Under the pieces are notes generated by a model, which ran no database searches, was not told where the DNA came from, and was given only the letters and a program-made list of their open reading frames with translations. The position numbers and the translations under genes are program-made. Shown in pieces: positions 20,210 through 29,471 of a stretch of DNA of 64,000 nt. The stretch is from an uncultured Alphaproteobacteria bacterium. Its GTDB lineage: Bacteria; Pseudomonadota; Alphaproteobacteria; HIMB59; GCA-002718135. The stretch's first letter is position 1; each line of letters starts with the position of its first letter. The stretch spans positions 132,336 through 196,335 of the forward strand of contig CACIXR010000002.1 in the NCBI GenBank assembly GCA_902590695.1. The letters are read 5' to 3'.

Positions 20210-20212
20210 GTT

Positions 20213-21367
20213 ATGAAAACTCAGTCATTACATAACCAATTAGTAGAATGGCGTCATGATCTTCATATGCATCCACAATTAAGTTTTGAAGAAGAGTATG
20301 CTTCAGCAAAAGTGTCAACACTTCTAAAAGAGTTTGGAATAGAAGTTCATTCTGGTATTGCCAGAACTGGAGTAGTTGGAATTTTAAAAAAAGGAAATAG
20401 TTCAAAATCAATAGGTATAAGAGCTGACATGGATGCTCTTCCTATACAAGAAACTAATAAGTTTAGTTATAAGTCCAAGTTTGATAACAGAATGCATGCA
20501 TGTGGACATGACGGTCACACCACTATGTTATTAGGTGCAGCAAAATATTTATCAGAAAAAGGTAACTTTAACGGTACGGTATATTTTATTTTTCAACCTG
20601 ATGAAGAAAATACATTTGGTGCAAGAACAATGATAGATGAAGGATTGTTTGATAAATTTAACATTGATGAAGTTTACGCTATGCACAATATTCCTAACAT
20701 GGAAATTGGAACATTTGGTACAAGAAATGGAGCTATTACAGCCAGCGAAAATTTATTTGAAATTGAAATAAAAACTAAAGGTGGGCACGCTGCATTACCT
20801 CATATGGGGGTAGATGCAATAACTGTTGGTTCTCAAATAGCTGTAGCACTTCAATCGATAGTGTCTAGGAAATTAAATCCAGCAGACAATGGTATAGTGT
20901 CTATTACCGAATTTATAACCGATGGTAAGAAAAATGTTCTGCCAGGTATGGTAAAAATGACTGGTGACGCGAGAGCTTTATCAAAAGAAACAAATGAAAA
21001 AATTGCTTCAAAAATGTTACAAATTGTCGAAGGGATTTGCAATGCACATGGTGTTAATGGTAGTGTTAAATATGAAACAGCCTGTCCTGTAACTTTTAAT
21101 TCAAAAATTCAAACTGAGTCTGCAACAAAAGCTGCAGTTTCTTTACTCGGTATTGATAAATGTAATGGTAATATAGAACCACGTTTATTCTCAGAAGATT
21201 TTTCTGTTATGGCAAATGAAAAACCTGGCTGCTTTGTTTTAATGGGTAACGGAACATCAGAGCAGCATTCCAGACCTTTACATGCTGATAGTTATGATTT
21301 TAATGACGAATTATTAGTCATAGGTTCTTCATATTGGACTGAATTGGTAGAACAACAATTAAAATAA
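20213..21367 (+). CDS. M20D amidohydrolase (hippurate hydrolase / N-acyl-L-amino-acid amidohydrolase-like)
   Basis: 384 aa. LVEWRHDLHMHPQLSFEE, ADMDALP, HACGHDGH and QPDEE metal motifs. Confidence 0.85.
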   Translation: MKTQSLHNQLVEWRHDLHMHPQLSFEEEYASAKVSTLLKEFGIEVHSGIARTGVVGILKKGNSSKSIGIRADMDALPIQETNKFSYKSKFDNRMHACGHDGHTTMLLGAAKYLSEKGNFNGTVYFIFQPDEENTFGARTMIDEGLFDKFNIDEVYAMHNIPNMEIGTFGTRNGAITASENLFEIEIKTKGGHAALPHMGVDAITVGSQIAVALQSIVSRKLNPADNGIVSITEFITDGKKNVLPGMVKMTGDARALSKETNEKIASKMLQIVEGICNAHGVNGSVKYETACPVTFNSKIQTESATKAAVSLLGIDKCNGNIEPRLFSEDFSVMANEKPGCFVLMGNGTSEQHSRPLHADSYDFNDELLVIGSSYWTELVEQQLK

Positions 21368-22525
21368 ATGTTTTCTGAAAACTTAAATAAACTAAAGAAA
21401 AAAATGTCTGAGAACAATATTGATCTCTCAATTATAACTGATGATGACTCGATATATTATTTCACAGGATACCATGACTTCCTTCATATGGATTTTTATC
21501 GACCAACATTATTAGTTGTTTCAAATGATCATAAAACTTATTTAATTACACCTCTTCTTGATGTTTTATTAGTACCAGAATCTTGTCCTGTAGATATGGT
21601 TGAAACATGGAATGATGGTATTGGAAATGAATGGAGAGAATTATTACCTCAAATCATCAATCAGCATAAAAATATTTTTATTGAAAAATTTAAAATTAAC
21701 CCAATGGTTAAGAGTTATTTAGACGAATTACTTCAAGAGCATCCTGGGGATTTAACCAAATTAATAGATAATATAAGAATGATTAAATCTAATCATGAAT
21801 TGAATATAGCTCGTCATGCTGGCGAAGTTGGTATGGCTATGATGGAGGCAGCAAAAAAAACAATTGGCCATAATGTTCCTGAGTATGAGGTTGCACTTGC
21901 ACAATCACAAGCTGGAACAAGAAAAGCTGCAGATCTTTTAAAAGAATTTTATCCTGATAATATCAATATGTCTCCAAATATTCACTTTTTACCTGTTATG
22001 ACATCGGGTCATGATTTACCTAAAACTCACCATCGTGCTTCAACCAAAATTATAAAAAAAGGTGATCCCGTATTCGTATGTTATTGTGGTTCTACAAATT
22101 TCCATAGGTTTAAATTAGGTTTTGACAGAATATTTTGGGTAGAAGAAATTCAATCCGATGAACAAATAAAAGCTTTTGAGACTGCAGTTAAATCTCAAAA
22201 AGCTGCTCTTGAAATTCTTGGCCCTGGAGTAACAGCTGAAGAAGTTCATGCTGCTTATGCAGATACTATACAGTCTGAGGGATACCCTTATCCTACATTT
22301 CGATGTGGAAGAGGTACAGGCTTTAGCTTTTTAGAGGAACCACAATTAGTAGTTGGTAATAAAACAGTACTGGAGCCTGGAATGGTATTTGCCGTTGATG
22401 GCGGGGCAAGTGCAAATAATTTTAGATCACAAGTTGGTGATAGTTTTATTATAACAAAAGATGGATACGAACAAATTACACATCATTCTAAAAATATTGA
22501 TGACTTAATAATTCCACATGGATGA
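21368..22525 (+). CDS. M24 pita-bread-fold protein with creatinase-like N-domain (creatinase / ectoine hydrolase DoeA(EutD)-like rather than a metallopeptidase)
   Basis: 385 aa with two-domain architecture. By eye, the canonical M24B metal-ligand positions are mostly substituted (VFVCYCG; CGRGTGFSFLEEP; AVDGG; VGDSF). Confidence 0.7.
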   Translation: MFSENLNKLKKKMSENNIDLSIITDDDSIYYFTGYHDFLHMDFYRPTLLVVSNDHKTYLITPLLDVLLVPESCPVDMVETWNDGIGNEWRELLPQIINQHKNIFIEKFKINPMVKSYLDELLQEHPGDLTKLIDNIRMIKSNHELNIARHAGEVGMAMMEAAKKTIGHNVPEYEVALAQSQAGTRKAADLLKEFYPDNINMSPNIHFLPVMTSGHDLPKTHHRASTKIIKKGDPVFVCYCGSTNFHRFKLGFDRIFWVEEIQSDEQIKAFETAVKSQKAALEILGPGVTAEEVHAAYADTIQSEGYPYPTFRCGRGTGFSFLEEPQLVVGNKTVLEPGMVFAVDGGASANNFRSQVGDSFIITKDGYEQITHHSKNIDDLIIPHG

Positions 22526-23543
22526 AATCACAGTATTTAACACACATTGCTGCGGTGAAATTGGGGATGTCGTAACTGGAATTAAAGGCTTGAAGTTTAA
22601 TTCACCTGAGGAAGCTTCTAAAAAACTTTTTTTAGATAAAAAATGGAGAAATTTTTTTTTAAATGAACCTCGGGGAGGGGTCTTTAAACATTGTAATATT
22701 ATTTTAGAGCCTTCAAATAAAAATGCAGATGCTGGATTTGTAATCATGGAACCAGAAGATAATCCTCCAATGAGCGGATCAAATGCAATTTGTGTAACGA
22801 CAGTCTTATTAGAAAAAAATATTGTTCAAATGAAATATCCTAAAACCATGCTTACACTTGAAGCTCCCGGTGGTTTAATAAAAGTTGTTGCTGATTGTGA
22901 AAATAAGAAAGTTAAAAGTGTCACTTTAACTAATCTTGCCTGCTTTGCAGATAAAATAGATGTAGATTTAAAGACTAAAAATTATGGTACAATTAAAGTA
23001 AGTACTGCTTTTGGTGGTGACAGTTTTTTAATTTGTAATGCTAGTGATTTTAATCTTAAAATTGAACCAAAGAATGCAAATAAATTTGTAAATGTTGCTA
23101 AAGAATTATTGAAAGAAGCAAACGCATCTATAGGATTTGCACATCCTACTATTAAAGGATTAGACTATCTTTCTTTTTGCCAATTTATTGAACCCTTAAA
23201 AAAAAATAATCAATCATTACTTACAGGATTAAATACAGTTGTTATACGACCTGGAAAACTTGATCGTTCACCATGTGGTACAGGCACTTCAGCAAGATTA
23301 GCAGTAATGAAAGAAAAAAATGAAATACAAATAAATGAAGAATTTATATCAAAGTCTATTATAGGATCTTCATTTAAAGCAAGTATTGAAAAGGAAATTA
23401 AAATTAATAACAAAAATTGTATTATTCCAAAAATAACAGGTAGTGCATTTATTACTGGAAAACAAAGTTTATATATAGATAAGCACGATCCTTTTCCAGA
23501 AGGTTATAGATTAAATGACACATGGCCAGATTCATCAAGTTAA
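22518..23543 (+). CDS. Proline racemase superfamily protein (Ser/Cys variant; hydroxyproline epimerase/dehydratase-like)
   Basis: 341 aa. Contains DRSPCGTGTSARLA, the second catalytic Cys motif. The first catalytic position reads PMSGSNAI, with Ser where Cys is expected. Confidence 0.85.
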   Translation: MDEITVFNTHCCGEIGDVVTGIKGLKFNSPEEASKKLFLDKKWRNFFLNEPRGGVFKHCNIILEPSNKNADAGFVIMEPEDNPPMSGSNAICVTTVLLEKNIVQMKYPKTMLTLEAPGGLIKVVADCENKKVKSVTLTNLACFADKIDVDLKTKNYGTIKVSTAFGGDSFLICNASDFNLKIEPKNANKFVNVAKELLKEANASIGFAHPTIKGLDYLSFCQFIEPLKKNNQSLLTGLNTVVIRPGKLDRSPCGTGTSARLAVMKEKNEIQINEEFISKSIIGSSFKASIEKEIKINNKNCIIPKITGSAFITGKQSLYIDKHDPFPEGYRLNDTWPDSSS

Positions 23544-23619
23544 CTGTGATTAAATAACACTGGCATGGCAAGTTAATTCATTTTACTTTCATCAACTATT
23601 CTAATAATTAATAAAACAA

Positions 23620-24885
23620 ATGACAAAATTTAATGCCTGGAATGTAATTAAAAACGGTTTAAATGGTCAGTCTTATTGGACTAGACAATGGCGTGATCCA
23701 GAACCAAAAAGTAGTTATGACGTTGTAATAATTGGAGGAGGTTTACACGGTCTTGCCACGGCATATTATTTAGCAAAGAATCATAATATAAAAAATGTAG
23801 CTGTTTTAGAAAAAGGCTGGATTGGTGGAGGAAACGCTGGACGTAATACAACTATTGTAAGATCAAATTATATGATGCCAGGCAACCACGAATTTTATGA
23901 ACATTCTTTAAAGTTATGGGAAAATTTAAGTCACGAATTAAATTATAATGTAATGTTTAGCCAACGAGCTCATGTCTCGTTATTTCATAGCCCTGGTGCT
24001 AAAGATTCAGTTTCACGGATTTATAATATTATGCGACTCCATGGAACTGATGCAGAACTTTGGGATTTAAAAACTTTAAAGAAAAAAATTCCGCATTTAA
24101 ATTATCATAATTCTAGATTTCCAATACTTGGAGCTGCAGTTCAAAAAAGAGCAGGTAATGCAAGACACGATGCAGTTGCATGGGGTTATGCAAGGGCTGC
24201 AGATACATTAGGTGTAGACATTCTTCAAAATTGTGAAGTTACAGGTTTTACAAGAAAGAATGGAAATATTGAAAGTATTCAAACTTCAAGAGGAATTATA
24301 AAAGGAAAGAAAATAGGATTTGCTGTTGCAGGCAATACTTCAGTATTATGGCAAATGGCAGAATTAGGCAACCTGCCAATTGAATCCCATAAACTACAAG
24401 CATTTGTATCTGAGGCTGTTAAACCACTTCTAGACCAGGTTGTTGTTTATGGTGTAGGTGGTGCGCATTTCTATATATCGCAGTCAGATAAAGGAAGCAT
24501 GGTGTTTGGTGGTGATCTTGACTGGTATAAATCATATGCTCAAAGAGGAAATCTTCCTATGGTTCAAGATGTTGCCGAAGCGGCCATGGCAATATTCCCT
24601 TCACTTGGAAGAATAAGATTACTTCGTCATTGGGCAGGTGTTATGGACATGACAATGGACGGATCATTTTTTATTTGTAAAACGCCAATATCTAATCTCT
24701 ATTTAAATGCTGGTTGGAACTATGGTGGTTTCAAAGCTAGTCCTGCATCAGGTTGGTATTTTGCTGACTTAATTGCAAATGAAAGCCCCCATAACTACGT
24801 GCAAAATCATAATTTAGAAAGATTTGAAAAAGGTATCAATATTGATGAACGTGGCGCAGGACCTGATCCAAAATTGCACGGTTAA
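23620..24885 (+). CDS. soxB: Heterotetrameric sarcosine oxidase subunit beta
   Basis: 421 aa. FAD motif VVIIGGGLHGLATAYYLA. Followed by the delta, alpha and gamma subunits in canonical order. Confidence 0.9.
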   Translation: MTKFNAWNVIKNGLNGQSYWTRQWRDPEPKSSYDVVIIGGGLHGLATAYYLAKNHNIKNVAVLEKGWIGGGNAGRNTTIVRSNYMMPGNHEFYEHSLKLWENLSHELNYNVMFSQRAHVSLFHSPGAKDSVSRIYNIMRLHGTDAELWDLKTLKKKIPHLNYHNSRFPILGAAVQKRAGNARHDAVAWGYARAADTLGVDILQNCEVTGFTRKNGNIESIQTSRGIIKGKKIGFAVAGNTSVLWQMAELGNLPIESHKLQAFVSEAVKPLLDQVVVYGVGGAHFYISQSDKGSMVFGGDLDWYKSYAQRGNLPMVQDVAEAAMAIFPSLGRIRLLRHWAGVMDMTMDGSFFICKTPISNLYLNAGWNYGGFKASPASGWYFADLIANESPHNYVQNHNLERFEKGINIDERGAGPDPKLHG

Positions 24886-25170
24886 ATGATTAGAATCAAT
24901 TGTCCTTATTGTGGTGAAAGAGATCATAGTGAATTTAGTTACGGAGGAGATGCAACAATCAATTATCCTTCGTTAGATGCATCAGAGAAAGATTGGACTG
25001 AAGCTATATTTTTCAGAAAAAATATAAAAGGTTTTCAATTTGAAACATGGCATCATTCTAATGGATGTAGAATGTGGTTGGTAGTTGAACGTTCTACTGT
25101 CACTCATGAAATAAAAAGTGTCAAACCATGCCATCCAGATTTACAGAAGGTTGTAGAAAATAATAAATGA
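24886..25170 (+). CDS. soxD: Sarcosine oxidase subunit delta
   Basis: 94 aa. INCPYCGERDHSEFSYGGD and HSNGCRMW form a zinc-ribbon-like motif typical of SoxD. Confidence 0.9.
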   Translation: MIRINCPYCGERDHSEFSYGGDATINYPSLDASEKDWTEAIFFRKNIKGFQFETWHHSNGCRMWLVVERSTVTHEIKSVKPCHPDLQKVVENNK

Positions 25171-28124
25171 AGACAAGAAGAATAGATAACTATGGAAAAA
25201 TTAATAGAGATAAAATTTTATCCTTTAGTTGGGATAAAAAAAATTACAAAGGTTTTGAAGGAGATACTCTAGCATCAGCATTACTTGCAAATAATATTGG
25301 TATAGTTGGTAGAAGTTTTAAATATCATAGACCAAGGGGAATATTTTCTAGTGGAGTCGAGGAATCTGGTGCTTTAGTTACTATTGGTTCAAAAGATAGA
25401 AGAGATCCAAATGTAAGAGCAACAACACAAGAATTATATAATGGTTTAGAAGCAAGTGGTCAAAATGCATTTCCAAATGTAAATTTTGATCTAGCTGGAA
25501 TAAATAATTACTTAGGTAGGTTTTTTGCAGCTGGTTTTTATTATAAAACTTTTATGGGAATACCTCCACTTGAATGGGGTAAAGGAACAGCCATATGGAT
25601 GTTTTTTGAAAAATTTATTAGAAAAGCTGCGGGAATGGGAAGTTCTTCTGGGTTACCTGATCCAGATACTTATGAGCACGCTCATGATTTTTGTGATTTA
25701 ATTGTTGTAGGATCAGGACCTGCTGGTGTTGCAGCTGCAATAGAGGCAGCAGAAAAAAAATTAGATGTTATTTTAGTTGAGCAAGATAGTCTTATTGGAG
25801 GAAATCAACTTGCAGAAAATGATTTTGATAACTCACAAATTAAAAATCAACTTGAAAATCTAGGCATAAAAATAATGACTAGAACTACTGCATTCGGATT
25901 ATATGATAATTGCGTTGTTGGTTTATTAGAGAGAGTAACAGACCATATATCAGCACCAAATGTAAACTTTCCACGCCAAAGATTTTGGACCATTAGAGCA
26001 AAGCATATAATTGTTGGTGCTGGAGCAATTGAAAGACACATTGCATTTAATAATAATGATATTCCTGGTGTAATGACCGTAAATGCATCAAAGCATTATT
26101 TGAATAGATATGGTGTACTCACTGGAAAAAGTATTGTGATAGCTACAAATAATGACTCTGTTTATGAAACAGCACATCAATTATCAGAAGCTGGGGCTAA
26201 TGTAACTGTTCTTGATTCACGAACTAATTTTGAAATTGAGACAAATAAAAGTTTTGAAATTAGAAAAGGGTATGTGCCTTATAATATTAATGGTTCAAAA
26301 AAAATTGATAGTTTAGATATATCAAAAAGTGAAACTATTAATAAATCTGAAACTATAAATTGTGATCAGGTTCTATTATCAGGTGGCTGGTCACCTGCTG
26401 TACATTTGTTATCTCACAGAGGCGTAAAGCCTAAATGGGATTATAAAAATGCTTGTTTTTTACCAAGTGACACAAAAGAAAATATTACAATGGTAGGTTC
26501 TTCTAGAGGTTTATGGAATAAAAATGATTGTATTGCTTCTGGGATAGCTGGAACTACTAGTGCGTTGAACCGTTTAGGTATTTCTAAAACAAATTATTTT
26601 TTCCCAAAACCTGGTGGATGGAAAAATCCAATACAACCACTTTATGAAGTAAAATATAAAAAATCTAGATCAAAAAGTTTTGTAGATTATCAACATGATG
26701 TAACGACAGATGACGTAAGACTCGCACATCGTGAAGGTTTCATTTCAGTAGAGCATCTTAAAAGATACACAACTTTAGGTATGGCAAACGATCAAGGAAA
26801 AATGGGAAATATCATTGGATTATCTTTAATGGCTGAACTTTTAAATAAAGAAATTCCAGAAGTTGGAACTACTGTTTTTAGACCTCCTTATACTCCTGTA
26901 TCTATAGGTGCCTTAAGCGGAAGAAATGTTGGAAAACATTTTAGGCCGTTAAGAGTAACACCAATGCATCAATGGAATATTGATCATGGTGCAAAAATGA
27001 TTGAAGTTGGATTGTATCAAAGACCTTGGTATTATCCAAAAGAAAATGAAACTTTAAGTGACTCTTATATAAGAGAAGCATCAACAGTAAGAAAAACAGT
27101 TGGAATTTGTGATGTAACATCACTAGGCAAAATTGCTATTCAAGGACCAGACTCTAACGAATTTTTAAATAGAATTTATTCGAATGGTTTTTCAAAACTA
27201 CAAGTTGGAAAAGCTAGATATGGTATCATGTTGCGTGATGACGGTATTGTAATGGATGATGGCACATCTTGGAGATTAGCAGAAAATGAATATTTTATGA
27301 CGACGTCTACAGGTGAAGCTGCAAAAGTGATGTCATGGTTAGAAGAATTACTTCAAACTAGATGGACAGATCTTAATGTTAATGTGACTAGTGTTTCTGA
27401 ACAATGGGCAGGCGTATCAGTTGCAGGACCTAAATCTAGAGAAGTTCTCAATAATTGTGTCGATGATTCTTTTGTTATAACTAATAATAACTTGCCTTTT
27501 ATGGGTGTTACTTCAACATTTCTTAAAGGTAATATTCCTTGTAGAATTGCAAGAATTAGTTTCTCAGGTGAATTAGCTTTTGAAGTTTATGTCAAATCAG
27601 ATTTTGCTAATACAATGATGGACTTACTTTGGGAAAATGCAAAAAAATATGATGGATGTTTATATGGATTAGAAGCTTTAGGTGCACTTAGAGTTGAAAA
27701 AGGTCATGTAACAGCTGCTGAGCTTGATGGAAGAGTAACTATTGATGATGCAGGTTTAAGCAAAATGGCATCTACAAAAAAATCATATATTGGAAGCGCA
27801 ATGAGAAAACGAGGAGTGTTAAAAAATAATGATCGAGAAATTCTTGTAGGTTTCTTTCCTGTAAACTTAAAGGAAACTTTTAATGCTGGAACTATTGTCT
27901 GTGAAAAAAATAATATTAAAGGACAGGGTATCGGAAGAATTACCTCAGTTACTTATTCTCCAGAACTTGGACATTGGATTGGATTAGGATTTGTCAAAGG
28001 TGGTTTAGATAAATGGAAAGATACCAATTTAGTTGGGGCAGATCCTGTAAGAAATAAACAAATGAATTTAAAAGTTGTTTCACCACATATGATTGATCCT
28101 AAAGGAGAACGAATGTATGCATAG
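25167..28124 (+). CDS. soxA: Sarcosine oxidase subunit alpha
   Basis: 985 aa. Dinucleotide motif IVVGSGPAGVAAAIEAA and a C-terminal GcvT-like folate-binding domain. Overlaps soxD by 4 nt. Confidence 0.9.
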   Translation: MKTRRIDNYGKINRDKILSFSWDKKNYKGFEGDTLASALLANNIGIVGRSFKYHRPRGIFSSGVEESGALVTIGSKDRRDPNVRATTQELYNGLEASGQNAFPNVNFDLAGINNYLGRFFAAGFYYKTFMGIPPLEWGKGTAIWMFFEKFIRKAAGMGSSSGLPDPDTYEHAHDFCDLIVVGSGPAGVAAAIEAAEKKLDVILVEQDSLIGGNQLAENDFDNSQIKNQLENLGIKIMTRTTAFGLYDNCVVGLLERVTDHISAPNVNFPRQRFWTIRAKHIIVGAGAIERHIAFNNNDIPGVMTVNASKHYLNRYGVLTGKSIVIATNNDSVYETAHQLSEAGANVTVLDSRTNFEIETNKSFEIRKGYVPYNINGSKKIDSLDISKSETINKSETINCDQVLLSGGWSPAVHLLSHRGVKPKWDYKNACFLPSDTKENITMVGSSRGLWNKNDCIASGIAGTTSALNRLGISKTNYFFPKPGGWKNPIQPLYEVKYKKSRSKSFVDYQHDVTTDDVRLAHREGFISVEHLKRYTTLGMANDQGKMGNIIGLSLMAELLNKEIPEVGTTVFRPPYTPVSIGALSGRNVGKHFRPLRVTPMHQWNIDHGAKMIEVGLYQRPWYYPKENETLSDSYIREASTVRKTVGICDVTSLGKIAIQGPDSNEFLNRIYSNGFSKLQVGKARYGIMLRDDGIVMDDGTSWRLAENEYFMTTSTGEAAKVMSWLEELLQTRWTDLNVNVTSVSEQWAGVSVAGPKSREVLNNCVDDSFVITNNNLPFMGVTSTFLKGNIPCRIARISFSGELAFEVYVKSDFANTMMDLLWENAKKYDGCLYGLEALGALRVEKGHVTAAELDGRVTIDDAGLSKMASTKKSYIGSAMRKRGVLKNNDREILVGFFPVNLKETFNAGTIVCEKNNIKGQGIGRITSVTYSPELGHWIGLGFVKGGLDKWKDTNLVGADPVRNKQMNLKVVSPHMIDPKGERMYA

Positions 28125-28680
28125 ACATTCTGCACTAGAAACAATTTATAAGGTTGGAAAATATTCATCAAGTGAGAAACAATCCCTAACATTTAAAGAA
28201 TTAAAAAGTTTAGAAATTTTGCAAATTGCTTGTTGGCCTGACAAAATTGATGAAATGAATAATTTACTATCAAAAGAACTAAAAATTAAAAATATTCCTA
28301 GTTTTAATAAAGGGATAATTTTTGAAAATAAATCATTATGGAGAATGGAACCTTTGAAATGGTGGCTATTTAATAAAGAAATTGAAATAAGTGAGCAAAT
28401 CGCAACAATTTTAGATATGTCTCATGCATTCACAGGTATTGAAATTACAGGAGATAATTCATCATTATTTTTAAATAGACATCTTCCAATTGATTTAAGA
28501 GCTAGGAATTTTCCAGATTTATCTTCTGCTAGCTCAGCTATTCATCATGTCAGTGTTAAGCTATTTAAAATAACTTCCAATAACTACTGTCTATATATAC
28601 CAAGAGGTTTTGCTTTATCAATTTGGGAGATCCTTCTTGAAACAGCGTATCAGTTCGGATACGAAGTATTAGAGAGATAG
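28117..28680 (+). CDS. soxG: Sarcosine oxidase subunit gamma
   Basis: About 187 aa from ATG 28117 (MHRHSALE), overlapping the soxA stop (ATGCATAG). Position and size fit SoxG. The ORF-track start at 28093 is probably an extension. Confidence 0.8.
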   Translation: MHRHSALETIYKVGKYSSSEKQSLTFKELKSLEILQIACWPDKIDEMNNLLSKELKIKNIPSFNKGIIFENKSLWRMEPLKWWLFNKEIEISEQIATILDMSHAFTGIEITGDNSSLFLNRHLPIDLRARNFPDLSSASSAIHHVSVKLFKITSNNYCLYIPRGFALSIWEILLETAYQFGYEVLER

Positions 28681-28754
28681 ATAGATTATCTTAGGGTAAC
28701 GGAAACTGGTTATAAACTAATTACCAATGTATTTAGTGATTTGCATATAGCAAA

Positions 28755-29471
28755 TTAATCATTTGCATCGCCACCTCCGGCACCTTTTGCCCTAGATTCC
28801 TGTGACTCAGGAACAAAAGTTCTAAAAGCTATTTTAGATATTAGATCCCAAGATTTTTTATCAGGATTGATACCCCTGAAGAGCATATTATTTATTTTTG
28901 ATGATGGAATATTAATATCTAATTTTTGTTCATTAAAATTTTTCTTTGTGAGTAAGAGATCAAAATTTCTTTGATAATTTATAGAGATAATTTCTCTATT
29001 AACCCTAATATTTTCATTTGTTATTTGTACATAAATTTTTTGATCTAACAAAAACTGTGAATAGATATTTTTTTTGGCATACTTATAAAGCAAAGGTATT
29101 AGGAATATGGGGTCACTACAATTTTTTAAAGTTAATTTAAAATTATCCCTTTTATTTATTTTTGATACTAAATAATCAATCAATCCTGGACCTATCACCA
29201 AAAAAGATTTATTTTTACAATCAAACTCATCATTTATTTTTGACGGATCTATACTGGCATTAAAAGTGTTGTCTAATTCTTCAATTTTTAATTTTAATAA
29301 TTTGATCCCATCCAAACCAAATACTTCAAGCCATGTTGTAATAAATGCAGCATCCTCATCTGATCCATAAGTGAATCCTAATCCGGAAAAAGCTCGTTGG
29401 GTATTAGTGTAGACTTCATAGTAAGAATAACTCACAGATATTAATATGTACTCATTGTTGCAAAACCCCAT
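28755..29471 (-). CDS. Hypothetical protein, 238 aa (from memory resembles Pfam DUF3726; unverified)
   Basis: Intact ORF. GLGFTYGSDEDAAFITTWLEVFGLDG near the N-terminus and a Gly-rich acidic tail SRAKGAGGGDAND. The ATG start overlaps the upstream 554-aa gene by 31 nt; an alternative GTG start lies just after that gene's stop. Confidence 0.65.
   Translation of the reverse strand: MGFCNNEYILISVSYSYYEVYTNTQRAFSGLGFTYGSDEDAAFITTWLEVFGLDGIKLLKLKIEELDNTFNASIDPSKINDEFDCKNKSFLVIGPGLIDYLVSKINKRDNFKLTLKNCSDPIFLIPLLYKYAKKNIYSQFLLDQKIYVQITNENIRVNREIISINYQRNFDLLLTKKNFNEQKLDINIPSSKINNMLFRGINPDKKSWDLISKIAFRTFVPESQESRAKGAGGGDAND

Noticed and set aside
26325-26360. Direct 6-aa/18-nt tandem repeat KSETIN-KSETIN inside soxA.
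   Set aside because: It is short, in-frame and in a poorly conserved linker. The two Ser codons differ (AGT versus TCT), so it is not a fresh slippage event. Probably a neutral low-complexity feature.
28739-28755. ATTTGC-ATATA-GCAAAT hairpin between soxG and the convergent 238-aa gene (possible bidirectional terminator).
   Set aside because: The stem is only 6 bp and AT-rich, has no flanking U/A tracts, and overlaps the stop codon. It cannot be distinguished from chance in this base composition.
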